This document shows positions 24,835 through 37,755 of a DNA stretch of 64,000 nt, piece after piece. Position 1 is the first letter of the stretch. The number at the start of each line of letters is the position of its first letter. The DNA is from Mobula hypostoma (lineage: Eukaryota), in contig NC_086097.1 of NCBI RefSeq assembly GCF_963921235.1, forward strand, positions 206,276,001 through 206,340,000, given 5' to 3'. The notes under the pieces were generated by a model. It had not been told where the DNA came from. It searched no databases and worked only from the letters and a program-made list of their open reading frames with translations. A program made the translations under genes and the position numbers.

Positions 24835-26200
24835 TTCTTCATTGCCCAGGCATCTTCTTGCCACCTTAACAGGGATAGAGTTCCTCTTGTCCTCACCTAA
24901 CATTCCATGAACCTCTGCATCCAACACATCACTCTCTGCAACTTCACCCATCTTCAATGGGACACTACCACCAAACACATCTTTCCTACTACTCCACTCT
25001 CCACTTTCTGCAAGGATCAATCCCCGCATGATTTCCTTGTCCAGTTGTCCCTCCCTTCTAGACTTCCTCCTGGATCTTATACCTGCAAACACCAGAAGTA
25101 CTACAACTGCCCATTCACCTCCTCGCTCATCTCCATTCAGGGCCTCAAGGCAACACTTCGCCTGCAAATCTGTTGGTGTCACCTACTGCATCTGGTTCTG
25201 CCAATGCAGTCTCCTCTACACAGGTGAGCCCTGATGTAGACTTGGAGATTGTTTTGTTGAGCACCTCAGCTCCATCCACAAAATGTGGATTTTCATGGTG
25301 GCCAGCCACTCAATTTTTATCTCCACTCCCATTCCGACGTATTGGCCCATGGCCTCCTGCCACTCTCAGGCTGGATGAGCAACACATCATTCCGTCTAGG
25401 TAGTTTCCAACCTAATGCACAAAAACTAATTTCTCCAACTTCTGGTATGTTGCCCCTCCCCTTCCCTCTTCTTCATTCCACAATCTGGCCACTTACCTCT
25501 TCTCCTCACTTGCCTATCACTTCATAAGACCATAATACCATGAGACAAAGGAGCAGAAGTCGGCCATTCGGCCCATCGAGTCTGCTCCACCATTTTATCA
25601 TGAGCTGATCCATTTTCCCATTTAGTCCCACTCCCCTGCCTTCTCACCATAACCTTTGATGCCCTGGCTACTCAGATACATATCAATCTCTGCCTTAAAT
25701 ACACCCAATGACTTGGCCTCCACTACTGCCCGTGGCAACAAATTCCATAGATTCACCACCCTCTGACTAAAAAAATTTCTTCGCATTTCTCTTCTGAATG
25801 GGGGCCCTTCAATCCTTAAGTCATGCCCTCTCGTACTAGACTCCCCCATCATGGGAAACAACTTTGCCACATCCACTCTGTCCATGCCTTTCACCCCTGA
25901 TGCTCCTCCTCATTCCCTTTCTTCCAAGATCCATTCTCCTCTCCTCTCAGATTCCTTCTTCTCCCACCCTTTGCCTTTTCCACATCACCTTCCAGCTTCT
26001 TACCTACTCCCTCCCTCACCACCTGGCTTCACCTATCACCTTCTAGCAAGTCCTCTTCCCCTCCCCACCCACCTTCTTATTCTGGCACATTCCTCCTTCC
26101 TTTCCAATCTTGGTGAAGAGGCTTGGCCTGAAACATTGACAGTTTATTCATTTCCATAGATGCTGCCTGATCTGCTGAATTCCTCCTTATCTGTGTCTGT
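24835..26200 (+). mobile_element. Penelope-like element 3' half (RT end, GIY-YIG, pseudo-LTR), split by CR1
   Basis: RDRVPLVLT, C..C linker, GVTYCIWFCQCSLLYTGE (GIY-YIG), RLDEQH; degenerate hammerhead at ~26110. Confidence 0.85.
25524..25892 (-). mobile_element. CR1 3' fragment nested in PLE
   Basis: LFPMMGESSTRGHDL, FFSQRVVNLWNLLP; tail CATAAGACCATAA. Confidence 0.95.
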
Positions 26201-26909
26201 CCCTCTGAATGAAAAAGGGGTTCAATCAGAAGCTGTTGTGAAATGTTGGAACCTGTGACAATCTGCTGACTCAACCTGATAACAAATCAGTTTTATTCTG
26301 CCAATCCAAAAGCAATCAGCCACAGAGGTCACATCCAACTTGACAGGAAACATAATGCTACCATTGTATTGGTATCAATTTTGCAATCATAGTTTAGCCC
26401 ACATGATGCATTTGGATGGCGTACCAGAACTGCACTTAATGTTCTCATTTGGGGAGTTCAATGTAGAATTAACAATATTTCAGGTATTATTGACATATTT
26501 TACATAGTGAACTTGAAATCAGGCGCATTTTGATTGTAAATTTATCAATAATAAGCCTTTTTTTGGCAGTTGTGCTTCATTCGTTACTATACAAAGTGCT
26601 TCAAATCTTGGTGCGTGTATTTTAAATGTTTAATTGAGAAAAAGAAACATATGTATTGCTTTACAAAATAAATCTGTTGCTCTTGCAGTTGACATCATGC
26701 CAACTTTGTGCTGGCTGCTTATCCACATGATTGATGCAATGCTAACTTTGCTGTTCAGTAGCTTATTAGTTCAGTATGGGACCTGGTATTTTCTGGCCAC
26801 CATCACTTAAAGCTAAGGTGCATTATTAAAAGGCCACCTTACCTTCCTGGTTGAGAGGGGGAGGGGTACAGGTGAATTCAACATGTGGTCACTGTTGCAA
26901 AGTTAAAAG

Positions 26910-27474
26910 CGCAACACACACAAAATGCTGGTGGAACGCAGCAGGCCAGACAGCATCCATAGGAAGAAGCACAGTCAACGTTTCGAGCCGAGACCCTTCA
27001 TCAGGACTAACTGAAAGAAGAGATAGTAAGAGATTTGAGAGTGGAAGGGGGAGGGATGGAGCTATGAGCTGGAAAGTTGATTGGCAAAAGGGATACAAGG
27101 CTGGAGAAGGGAGAGGATCATGGGAGAGGAAGCCTAGGGAGAAAGAAAGGGGGAAGGGAGCACCAGAGGAAGATGGAGAGCAGGCAAGGAGTTATTGTGA
27201 GAGGAACAGAGAGAGAAAAAAAAGGAAAAGATAAATAATAATAAATAAATAAATAAATAAATAAGGGATGGGGTAAGAAGGGGAGGAAGGGCATTAACGG
27301 AAGTTAGAGAAGTCAATGTTCATGCCATCAGGTTGGAGGCTACCCAGACGGAATATAAGGTGTTGCTCCTCCAACATTAGTGTGGCTTCATCTTGATAGT
27401 AGAGGAGGCCATGGATAGACATATCAGAATGGGAGTGGGACGTGGAATTAGAATGTGTGGCCATTGGGAGATCC
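26910..27474 (-). mobile_element. Penelope-like 3' fragment
   Basis: DLPMATHSNSTSHSHSDMSIHG...LEEQHLIFRLGSLQPDGMNIDFSNF* followed by the pseudo-LTR. Confidence 0.9.
26973..27008 (-). ncRNA. Minimal hammerhead ribozyme motif (GUU triplet)
   Basis: Minus strand AGTC-CTGATGA-A-GGGT-CTCG-GCTC-GAAAC-GTT-GACT. Confidence 0.7.
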
Positions 27475-27699
27475 AAAACACAACAGTCAGTTTGTGCCAA
27501 GAAGGCTCCCGCTGACAGCCCTGATAGTGACCTAATGATCCACTCGTTTGTTGTTTAGTGTGAAATATTAGTACAAACACAAGGGATATCTCCCCTGCAT
27601 TTCTTCAGAACTGTACTGCTGAGATCATCAACATCAAGCCAAGAAATGGAGTCCAGATTGTAAAATAAACAGTCCTAAAAATATTCATAGATATCATTC

Positions 27700-29350
27700 A
27701 GCCTATTCTATTTGACATAAAATTCTCCTAATCGAATCCAGCATTTTGGTACATGATCCATTGCCATTCTGTTTATGGTCCGACAAATATATATCCAGGA
27801 GCATTCTAAATTTGCAGCAGATGTCTGGCTCTACCATCCTCGAATTCCAGTTCCTTGACACCATCTGGGTGGAAACAAAATTATTCATCTCCCCTCTCAA
27901 TCTACCGTCTATTACTGTAGGCTTGGACTTCTCTAAAAAAAAGTCCTAATTGCTCAGAATCATGTTTATAATCACTGGCATATCTCATAAAATTTGTTTT
28001 GCAGCAGCATAAGAGTGCAAGACATAATAATTAATAAACTGCAAAAATAAATAAATAGTGCAATACATGAATAGTGAGGTAGTGTTCACGCATCCTTCAG
28101 AAATCTGATGGCAGAGAGGAAGTGGGGAGGAAGAAGTTATTCTGAAAATGCTGAGTGTGGGTGTTCAGGCTCCTGCACTTTATACACCTCATTTTAGTTT
28201 CATCTCTGCCCTTTCTACTAAAAATGCGCAATCCATCCATTCATTCCTCAGCCCTGCCAGCTTCCTCATTAATCTCCTCTTCACTTTATCCAGAAGAATC
28301 ATGCTTCCTGTCATACAGTGACCAGAACAGGATTTGTGGCATGACAATCATATGCATTTCCATAATATATTCCTTGTTCTTATATTCAGTGCTTTGGTTG
28401 ACAAAATAAATAATTCCATATGCCTTTATAATCACCATAAGTGCCTGTGGACTTGCACTCCAAGATTTTTTGATATCTTCCAACATTTTATATATTGTAT
28501 TGTTGCACCTCCTGAAATGCTGCTTAGAGTTCGTGATATTCCTGTCAACAACTTGCTCATCAATTATTTATCTATTTCTACTTTGATGAAGAGAGTTCCA
28601 AAAACCTTCTGAGGGGGAAAAATCATATCATCTCTGCCTTAAGAGGGCAAACCTTTGTTTTGAAACCTTTGCCAGATTTTCCCACAGGAGAAAGCGTCCT
28701 CACCCTAGCCATCCTGTCAAGAATATTCAGGTTCTTATCCATTTCATTCAGAACCACCTCACGTTTCTAAACTCCACTGGAAACAAGCCTGAATTATACA
28801 AATCCTTCTCATATGACAGGTGACCCATTCCAGCTATTAATCCAGTAAATCTTTTGTAAACTGCTTCCAGCACGTTAACAACCGTCCTTAAATAAGGAGG
28901 TCAATAATGCTCACTATAATTCGGATGTGATCTCACAGGCCCTTATATAACTGAAGCACAGACTCCCTGCTTTTGTATGCCTACTTTTGTATTCAATAGA
29001 CAATAGCATTCTGTTGGCATTCCTAATTATTTGCAGTACATGCATGCTAGCCGTATTCAGATCATGCACTAGGACACACAGTTTTATCTGCATCTCGGAG
29101 TTCTGCAGTCTCTCAAATGTTAGATCTTCCTTTTTAATCTTTCCTGCCAAAATGGACAATTTCCTATTTTTCCCACCTAATTCACCATTTGTCCAGTAAT
29201 TTAAATCATCAATGTACTTTTATGTCTCGTGTCTGTTTAGCAATTTATTCTTCTACCTATGTCTGCATTATTGCCATTTCTTCAATCCTTTCTTCCCAGT
29301 CATTTCCACAAATTATAAAGCACTGAAGCTATAGCATTGATCCCAAAGGC
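27700..29350 (-). mobile_element. Very decayed CR1 pieces with a Rex tail at ~27955-28175
   Basis: RGEMNNFVSTQMV..WNS, LQIIRNANRML, YIV.APP-like remnants. Confidence 0.6.
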
Positions 29351-29359
29351 ATCTCACGT

Positions 29360-29620
29360 ATTATTTATTTATGTGCTTAGGTATACAGCACAGTAACATG
29401 CCTCTCTGGCTCATTGAGCCCATGCCACCTAATTAAAACCTTGTGACCAATTAACTTACTAACCATAGCTTTGGAATGTCAGAGGAAATCAGAGCACCTG
29501 GAGAAAACCCATGCAATACGGGGAGAACGTACAAACTTTTTACAGACAATGGCGGAATTGGACCCAGGTCTTTGTCACTGTAATAGCATTACGCTAACAG
29601 CTACACTTCGGTGCCACTGC
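29360..29620 (-). mobile_element. tRNA-derived V-SINE
   Basis: Head GTAGCTGTTAGCGTAA...GGGTCCAATTCCGCC; V-core AAGTTTGTACGTTCTCCC...GGGTTTTCTCCAGGTGCTC; CR1-like tail. Confidence 0.85.
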
Positions 29621-29624
29621 TAAA

Positions 29625-30048
29625 CGGTAATGACTCCCCCCACTTCACTATTCCCCATCCCCTTTTCCCTTTCTCACCCTAGCTCCTTTCCTGCCCCTTT
29701 CCTCCCTCTGGTGCCCCTCTCCCCTTTTCTTTTTCCCACGGCCTTCTATCCTTTCCCATCAGACTCCCCCTTTCTCCAGCCCTGTATCTCTTTCACCAAT
29801 CAACTTCGCAGCACTTTACTTCATCCCTCCCCCTCCTGGTTTCACCCACCACCTTGTGCTTCTCTCTCCCCTCCCCCACCTTTTAAATTTGCTACTCATC
29901 TTCTTTTTCTCCAGTCCTACCGAAGGGTGTCGGCCCAAAACGTCAACTGTACTTTTTCTCCGTAGATGCCGCCTGGCCTGCTGGGATCCTCCAGTATTTT
30001 GTGTGTGTTGTTTAGATTTCCAGCACCTGCAGATTTTCTCTTGTTTGT
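29625..30048 (+). mobile_element. PLE pseudo-LTR (pyrimidine-rich) with degenerate hammerhead
   Basis: CAGTCCTACCGAAGGGTGTCGGCCCAAAACGTCAACTG...CCAGCACCTGCAGATTTTCTCTTGTTTG. Confidence 0.85.
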
Positions 30049-30049
30049 G

Positions 30050-30490
30050 TCACTGCTATTTTAGTTTCCCAAACAGAAAAATACCAATTCATGTCCACTC
30101 AGTGCTTTTCCTCAGCTAGCCAACTTTCTATCTCCACCAATATGTTAATTCCTTCAGTGTGAGCCTTTATTTTCTCCTTTGACCTTCGAAGTAGGACTTC
30201 TTCAAATTCCTTTTTGAAATCTAGGTATAGTACATCCATCAGTTTGCCTTTATCTAAAGCACATGCTTCTTCAAAGAATTCCAGTATATTGTTCAAACAA
30301 AACGTTCCTCTCTACTTGTAATGTTTTCATTATGATGGATTTCAAGCTAACTGGTCTTGCTTTCTGTTTCCATCCACTTCTGCAACAAGACTGTTATTTT
30401 CTAATACAATGAAATCATTCTCAAATAAAAATTATTTTGGGAAATTAAAACCAATCCCCCTCAGTCTAGGATGTTTTCATCCGTGCCAAG
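30050..30490 (-). mobile_element. Decayed CR1 RT fragment
   Basis: NILEFFEE..DKGKLMDVLYLDFKKEF. Confidence 0.75.
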
Positions 30491-30944
30491 GGGAGTGCAT
30501 AGATGCAACAATAAAAGGGCAATTAGTGGTTTACACAGTCAGGTCTTATATTATTGATAACTGCTCAAACATTTGGCTTTCATCAGTATGTGGAAGAAAT
30601 AGATGAGGAAGTTGTCTCACAAGTGCCATTCGTGGTTTAGCACCATCACTAGGATCAATGCAAATTATTCCCAGTGTTGAAAGGCTGTCAAGATCAAAGT
30701 AATTACAGAACAAAAAGGTGCTAAATAACCTCAGGTGACAAGAGTTTGCACCTGCATTAAGAAGCAGGAAACTCTATTTGTTGTTAAGTTACTAACAGTG
30801 AAGAGGTTTGTGGTTGTTTCAGTCCAAGCTGACTTGAATTGTGACAATTTAAAGACTGGTCCAACTTCTTGTAAAATATACTAAAATATATACTAAGTTA
30901 TTTGAACTGCAAAGTTACTTGAACATGAACTCTCCCCATTTCTA

Positions 30945-32385
30945 TTAACAGTCAAGTTGTAATATGCGAGTCCTGAGGCACGTGCACCTTCTGCCTGACG
31001 GCAGCAGCAAGAAAAGAGCATGGCCTGGGTGGTGAGGATCCTTGACGATGGATGCTGCTTTTCTACAGCAACATTTCATATAGATGTGCTCAATGGTTGG
31101 GAGGGTTTTACCCGTGAGGAACTGGGCCAATGTAGTTTCCCAAGGTTTTTGATGACATACCGAACCTCTACAAAATCCCAAGGAAGTAGAGGTGCTTTCT
31201 TCACAATTATTTTTATCTGATGGGTCCAGAACAGGTCCTCTGAGATGGTGACACCCAGGAATTTAAAGTTACTGACCCTTTCCACCTCTGATCTTCCGAT
31301 GATTACTGGCTCATGGACTTCTGGTTTCCCTCTCCTGAAGTCTACAATCAGTTCATTTGTCTTAATGACACAGAGTGAGAGGTTGTTGTTTTTACAGCGC
31401 TCAGCCAAATTTACAATCTCCCTCCTGTGTACTGATTCATCACAACCTTCGATACAGCCCACAGCAGAGTGTCATCAGCAAACTTGTATATGGTGTTGGA
31501 GCAGTACTTAGCCATACAGTCATAGGTTTAAAGTGAGTAGAGCAGAGGGCTAGGCACACAGCCCTGCGGTGCTCCTGTGCTGATGGAGATTGTAGAGGAG
31601 ATGTTTTTGCCAATCCAAAATGACTGAAGTCTACAGGTGAGGAAATCCAAGAGCCAACATATTCCAGTTGGCTTTAGGATTCGTTTTTGAGCCTCTCAAT
31701 TTGGACCTTCTGAGGATCCCAGGTACTCACATTTTATTGCAAACTTCTGCTAATGCCCCACCTCCCCCTCGTACCCCATCCATTATTTATTTATATTCAC
31801 ACACACTTTTTCTCTTTCTCCTTTTTTTCCCTCTGTCCCTCTCACTATACCCCTTGCCCATCCTCTGGGCTTTTTCCCCCCTCCCCCCTTTCTTTCTCCC
31901 TTCCCCCCTTTCTTTCTCCCTAGGCCTCCTGTCCCATGATCCTCTAATATCCCTTTTGCCAATCAACTGTCGAGCTCTTGGCTCCATCCCTCCCCCTCCT
32001 GTCTTCTCCTATCATTTTGGATCTCTCCCTCCTCCTCCCACTTTCAAATCTCTTACTAGCTCTTCTTTCAGGTAGTCCTGACAAAAGGTCTCGGTCCAAA
32101 ATGTCGACTATACATCTTCCTAGAGATGCTGCCTGGCCTGCTGCATTCACCAGCAACTTTTTTTGTGTTGCATCCAATTGCACGAGTGGGTATTGAGGCC
32201 CATGTCTTGGAGCTTACTGATTAGTTTAGAGGTGATGATGGTGTTAAATGCTGAGCTGTAATTGATAAAGTGCATTCTGATGTATGTACCTTTGCTGTCC
32301 AGATGTTTCAGAGTAGTGTGAAATGCCAACAAGATAGCATTTGTAGACCTGTTGTTTTGGTAGGCGAATTGGAGCAGATCCAAGT
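30945..32385 (-). mobile_element. Rex-Babar LINE fragment split by a PLE
   Basis: [53 protein letters not shown]. Confidence 0.9.
31741..32171 (+). mobile_element. PLE pseudo-LTR inserted in Rex LINE
   Basis: Closely matches 60200-60604; hammerhead core mutated (CTGACAA...AAAATGTC). Confidence 0.9.
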
Positions 32386-32789
32386 AAATAATGGAGGAAA
32401 GGGAAGATTCTGTTTCATTTTTACTGTTGCAAATTATGGGATATTGTTTCTTTTAAAACAGTGTTTAATGACTTTAGCCCCTTTTCTTTTAAAGCTGTGC
32501 TCTGTTCACTTTATGAAATCCCTCTGAATTAAATTATCCTCATTGAAATTAACTAGCCTGTTAAATCATGAAAACACATTTTAAGTATGACTATTTCCAA
32601 CATTTAATTTGTAATGTGAATTTTTTTTACTTCAAACATGACACCCATGAAATCAGGAATTTTTTAATTCCTTAACCATGCCAATGTTTAGTGAGTTGAA
32701 ATGATTATGAAATGTGTTAACTGTTTATAAATTAGCAGCTCCCTTAGATTTTAGGACTTTACATTGTTCAAACCAGGGATTTTTAAAAC

Positions 32790-33620
32790 TTATTTAGGAG
32801 ATGTGGGCTTTGCATACTGAACCAGCACTAGTTTGCCAATCCCATCCCTAATGACCCTTGCGAAAGCCATGATGAACCTAGTGAACTGCCGTCGAGGGTT
32901 CCAGAATTTTGACCCAGGGATAGTGAAGGAACAGTGATAAAATTCAAAACCAGCATTTTATGCGGCTTGTAGAGCACTTTTGAGGTGATGGAAACCTCAT
33001 GCTTTTCTTGTCCTTTTAGGGATTGCTAGGGGTTGTGGGTCTCAGAGATGTTGCCTAAGGAGTCTTGGTGAGTTGCTGAAGAGTATCTTGCAAAAGGTAT
33101 ACTCTACTGCTACTGAGTGTCAGTGGTGAAATGTGTGAATGGTTGTGGATGAGGTGCCTAATAAGCAGGCCGCTATGCCCTTTATGGTGTTGTGCTGCAC
33201 TTATCCAGGCCAGAGGAGAATATTCCATCACACACCCGACTTGAGCCTTGTAGATGGTGGACATTATTTGGGGAGTTAGGGGATGAGTTACTTGCCATAC
33301 GATTCCTAGCTTCTGATCTGCTTTTGTAGCCACATACTGTATATGACTACTCTAGTTCAGTTTTCTAGTCAATAGTAACCACACCCCCAAATATCGCAAT
33401 ATCATTGAACATCAAGGGGCAAGAGCTGAACTTTCTCTTGTTGGATTTTGTCATTGCCAAACAATTGTGTGTTATGCATGTTAGTTATTACCTGTCAGTG
33501 CAGCCCTGAGTGTTGTCCAGGTCTTGCTGAATGAGGATGTGAACTGCTTCATTATTGGAGGAACTCCTGCAGAGATGACCTATGGCTGAGCTGATTGAAC
33601 TCCAGCCACCACAACCATCT
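32790..33620 (-). mobile_element. Old CR1-clade LINE 3' fragment
   Basis: KADQKLGI...LTPQIMSTIYKAQVGCVMEYSPLAW. Confidence 0.8.
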
Positions 33621-33634
33621 CCTCTGGGAATCAA

Positions 33635-36600
33635 AGAGCTATAGAAAACAATGGCACAGAAACAGGCCCTTCAGTCCATTTAGTCCATGCCAAACTATTA
33701 ATCTGCTTAGTCCCATCAACTTGCACCCGGATCATAGTCCTCCAATACATGTACCTATCCAAATTTCTCTTAAATTTTGAAATCGAACCTGCATCCACCA
33801 CTGCCACTAGCAGCTTGTTTCACCTCCTCACCACCCAATGAGTAAAGAAGCTCACCCTTATGTTCTCCTTAAGCATTTCCCTTTCACCCTTAACCCATGA
33901 CCTACAGTTCTAGTCGCACCTCACCTCAGTGGAAAATGCCTGCTTACATATACCCTATCTTTACCCTTCATAATTCTGAATACCTCCATTAAATCTCTCC
34001 TCTTTCCCCTTTTCTGTAGGAAAAAAAATAACCCAACCTATTCAACCTTTTCCTATAACTCAGGTCCTTGAGTCCTGGCAACATCTGTGTAAATTTTCTC
34101 TGTACTCTTTCAATCTTATTTACTGTACATCTTTCTTGAAAGTTCTGTACATAATACTTCATATAAGGCCTCACCAATGTCTTATACATCTTCAATATAA
34201 CATCCCAACTACTGTACTCAATACTTCGATTTATGAAGACTAATGTGCCAAAAGCTCTTTTTAAAACTCTATTTACCTGTGACACCACTTTCAAGGAAGT
34301 ATGGATCTGTATTCCAAGGTCTCTCTTCTTATATCGTTCACTGTGTAAGCCTTGCAACACCTCACTCTTGTCTGCATTAATTCCATCCGTCATTTTTCAG
34401 CCCATTTTTCCAGGTGGTCCAGATCTTGCTGTAAGTTTTGATAACCTTCCTTGCTGTCCACTATGTTCCGAATCTTGGTGCCATCTGCAAATTTGCTGAT
34501 CAAGCTTAATGTTCAAAGTAAAGTAAATTTATTATCAAAGTACTTATATGTCACTATATACAACCCTGAAATTTATTATTGAAGTCATACTCAGTAAATC
34601 CAATAACCATAACAGAATCAATGAAAGATCGCACCAACAGGGTGGACAACCAGTGTGGAAAAGACAAAAAACAGTGCAAATACAAAAAGAAGGAAAAAAG
34701 AAATAATAATTAAAAAAAAATTATAACAGTAATAAGTAAGCAATAAAAATTGAGAACATGAGATGAAGTGTTCTTGAAAGTGAGTGATAGGTTGTGGGAA
34801 CAGTTCAGTGATGAGGCAGGTGAAGTTGAGTGAAGTTATCCCCACTGGTTCAAGAGCTTGATAGTTGAGGGGTAATGACTGATCCTGAGTCTGGCGGTTT
34901 GAGTCCTGAGGCTCCCGTATCTTCTTCCTGGTGGTAGCAGTGAGAAGAGAGCATGTCCTGGTTGGTGGGTGTCTCTGATGATGGATGCTGCCGTACTCCG
35001 TGTAGACGTGCACAATGCTGGGGAAGACTGTATCTTTTGCAGGATTTTCTGTTTGAAGGCACCGGTGTTGCCATAACAGGCTGTGATGCAGCCAGTCAAT
35101 ATATTCTCTGCCACACATCTATAGAAATGTGTTGAAGTTTTAGATATCATGCTGAACCTTTGCAAACTTCTAAGTAAGTAGATGTATGGCTGTGCTTTCT
35201 TTGTAATTGCACTCGCATGCTGGGCCCAGAGTGCTCCTCTGAAATGTAAAGATGTAAACACTGAGAAATGTAAAGTTGCTGATCCTCTCCACCTCTGATC
35301 CCCTGATAAGGACTATCTCAAGGACCTTAGGTTTCCTCCTCTTGAAGTCAATAATCAGATCCTTGCTTTGGCTGACACTGAGTAAGAGAGTTTTCGTTGT
35401 AGCACTACTCAGCCAGATTTTCAATCTCCCTCTTATATGCTGATTCATCACAACCTTTGATTTGGCCTATGGCAATAGGGATGTCGTTAGCAAACTTAAA
35501 TATGGCATTAGAGCTGTTCTTAGCCACACAGTCATATGTGTGAAGTGAGTAGAGCAGGGGGCTAAGCACAAAGACTTGTGGCGTACCTGTGCTGATGGAG
35601 AGTGTGGAGGAGATATTGTTGCCAATCTGAACTGACTGAGGTCAGGACTGCAAGTAAGGAAACCCAGGATCCAGTAGCATAATGAAGTATTGAGGTCAAG
35701 GTCTTTGAGCTTATTGATTAGTTTTGAAGGGGGAATAGTATTGAACGCCGAGCTGTGGTTGATAAAGATCTATGCATCTTTGCTGTCCACATGTTCCAGG
35801 GTTGAGTGAACAGCCAGTTAAATGACATCTGCTTTAGACTGGTTATATTGTTAGGCAAACTGGTGCAGATCCAAGTTACTTCTCAGACATACTATATTAT
35901 CATTCAGATCTTTGATATAGATGACAGATAACAATGAACCCAGCACCAATCGCTGCAGCACACCACTTATCAGAGGCTTCCAGTCTGAGAGACAACCATC
36001 TACTACTACTACCCGTCTTACTATGTGAATTAAATGCCTCATGCAATTTACTACCTCATCCTGAATGTCAAAAGACTGAGCCTCTTGATCAACTTCCCAC
36101 ATGAGTCCTTGTCAAAGGCCATCATCCACAACATCCACTGCCTTGCCTTCATCAACTTTCCTGGTAGCTTCCTCGAAAAATACTGCAAGGTTAGTTAGAC
36201 ATGATCTACCATACTCAAAGTCATGTTGACTATCCATTATCAGTCCCTGTCTATCCAAATACATATATATCCAGTCCCTTAGAATACCTTCCAATAACTT
36301 GCCTACTGCTGATGTCAGGCTCATATAATTTCCCAATTTATTCTTAGAGACTTTCTTAAACAACAGAACAGCATTAGCTATTGTCCAATCCTTTGGCACC
36401 TTACCTGTTGGTGAGGGCATTTTAATTATCTTCACTGGGGCCCCTGCAATCTCTGCACCAGCCTCCCACAAGGTCTGAGGGAACAACTTGTCAGGCCTTG
36501 GGCATTTCTCCAACCAAATTTGCCTCAAGACGGTAAACACCTTAGATGGTGGAACTTAGATGTTTGGTCAAATCTTTTATTGTTTCTACATAAATGATTA

Positions 36601-36755
36601 ATACGCAAGTTTGTAATCAGTGTCTACTGTCCAACTCACCAAACCTATGAAAAACTTTCTACTTTACAGATCTCCCCCATCTCTTTTGGCTCCATGCATA
36701 GATTACCACTCTGACCTTCAAGAGGACCAATTTTGTCCCTTGCTATCCTTGTGCT
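33635..36755 (-). mobile_element. CR1 LINE split by a Rex LINE (parts 33635-34505 and 35888-36755)
   Basis: RDLGIQIH, YKTLVRP, SKFADGTK; upstream SLTSAVGKLLE, QHDF, SGVLQRLVLG. Confidence 0.9.
34510..35887 (-). mobile_element. Rex-Babar LINE nested in CR1
   Basis: FYRCVAENILTGCITACYGN, HQPGHALFSLLPPGRRY; tail TACTTTGATAATAAATTTACTTTACTTTGAAC on minus. Confidence 0.9.
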
Positions 36756-37453
36756 AGGAGTGATTTCCACCAGCTGACAGCTTCCCCCCTGACTCTCATT
36801 GACTATTGTTTAGCTAGGGCTTCTAGATGCCATACTCAATCAAATATGGCCTTGATATCAAGGGCAGTTACTCTCACTTCACCCCTGGAGTTCAGTTCTT
36901 CTGTTTGTGGAGCTGGTGTGAAGGATAGGAAAGTTTCAGTTGTTGGTGTTGATGGGGCTCAGGGTTTTTTACAGCGTGGAAGGAAAAATTATATTTGTTG
37001 ACTTCTTGCACTCTGATAATAACCTAGGGACATCTTGTAGTTGGTTCACACTACAGAAGTGTTCTAGAATTTATCATGATTTTGCTTCATGGTCAATTTC
37101 AAATACTTGATAACATTTTTAAGCATTTAAAGTTCATGGTTTGAAAACTGAAATTGAATACATTCTTGAGAACTGTTTCTAAATTTAGTTCCATTTGAAC
37201 CATTGCACAAAATGTAATGGCAGATAAGGGTTAAACTAAATAGTCCTGGGAAATGTGCACAGGGACTGTGATGAATAATTGCTGCCTGTTTAATTGCTGA
37301 AGGGCACAGACAAAATCTGTTCTTCAACTTTGTCACGATTGTATTGTTCAGTCTGCACAAACAACATTGTTTAATGCGTTAGTGCACATCCAGAATGTGA
37401 GAGACTGATAACTAGAACCAGTTAAAGGGGAGTGCTCAGTGCCAGAAGCTGTG

Positions 37454-37755
37454 TCAGAAGTTGGATCTGCTGCCAGCCACAGCTGATGAAGGCTGAGATG
37501 GAGGGGAAGAGAGAGGCCTTCTTTGTAGACAATCAGGAACATGAAATCCATGCCAGGGGATAGCGTGAAGGACACTACTGTGTTGAAAAGGATGGTCTCC
37601 AGGCTGCACACAATGCCCTGGGAAACCTATGCAACATGGGCTGCTTGGAGCAAAAATCATGTGTGACCTCACAGTTGAGGAGCTGACATCGGAGATGAAC
37701 CTACTCTCAGCCTTGACTGTAGCTAAGTCATCACCTTGAATATCTAAACTGACCT
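37454..37755 (-). other. Candidate terminal coding exon (100 codons) of an unidentified gene or pseudogene
   Basis: Acceptor-like TTTTCAATCTATTGTAG| then open frame (E)VSLDIQGDDLATVKAESRFISDVSSS...RRPLSSPPSQPSSAVAGSRSNF*; non-repeat, GC-richer than flanks. Confidence 0.3.

Noticed and set aside
26697..26810. 37-aa hydrophobic ORF MPTLCWLLIH... after an acceptor-like site
   Set aside because: Short hydrophobic ORFs are common in T-rich DNA; no other support
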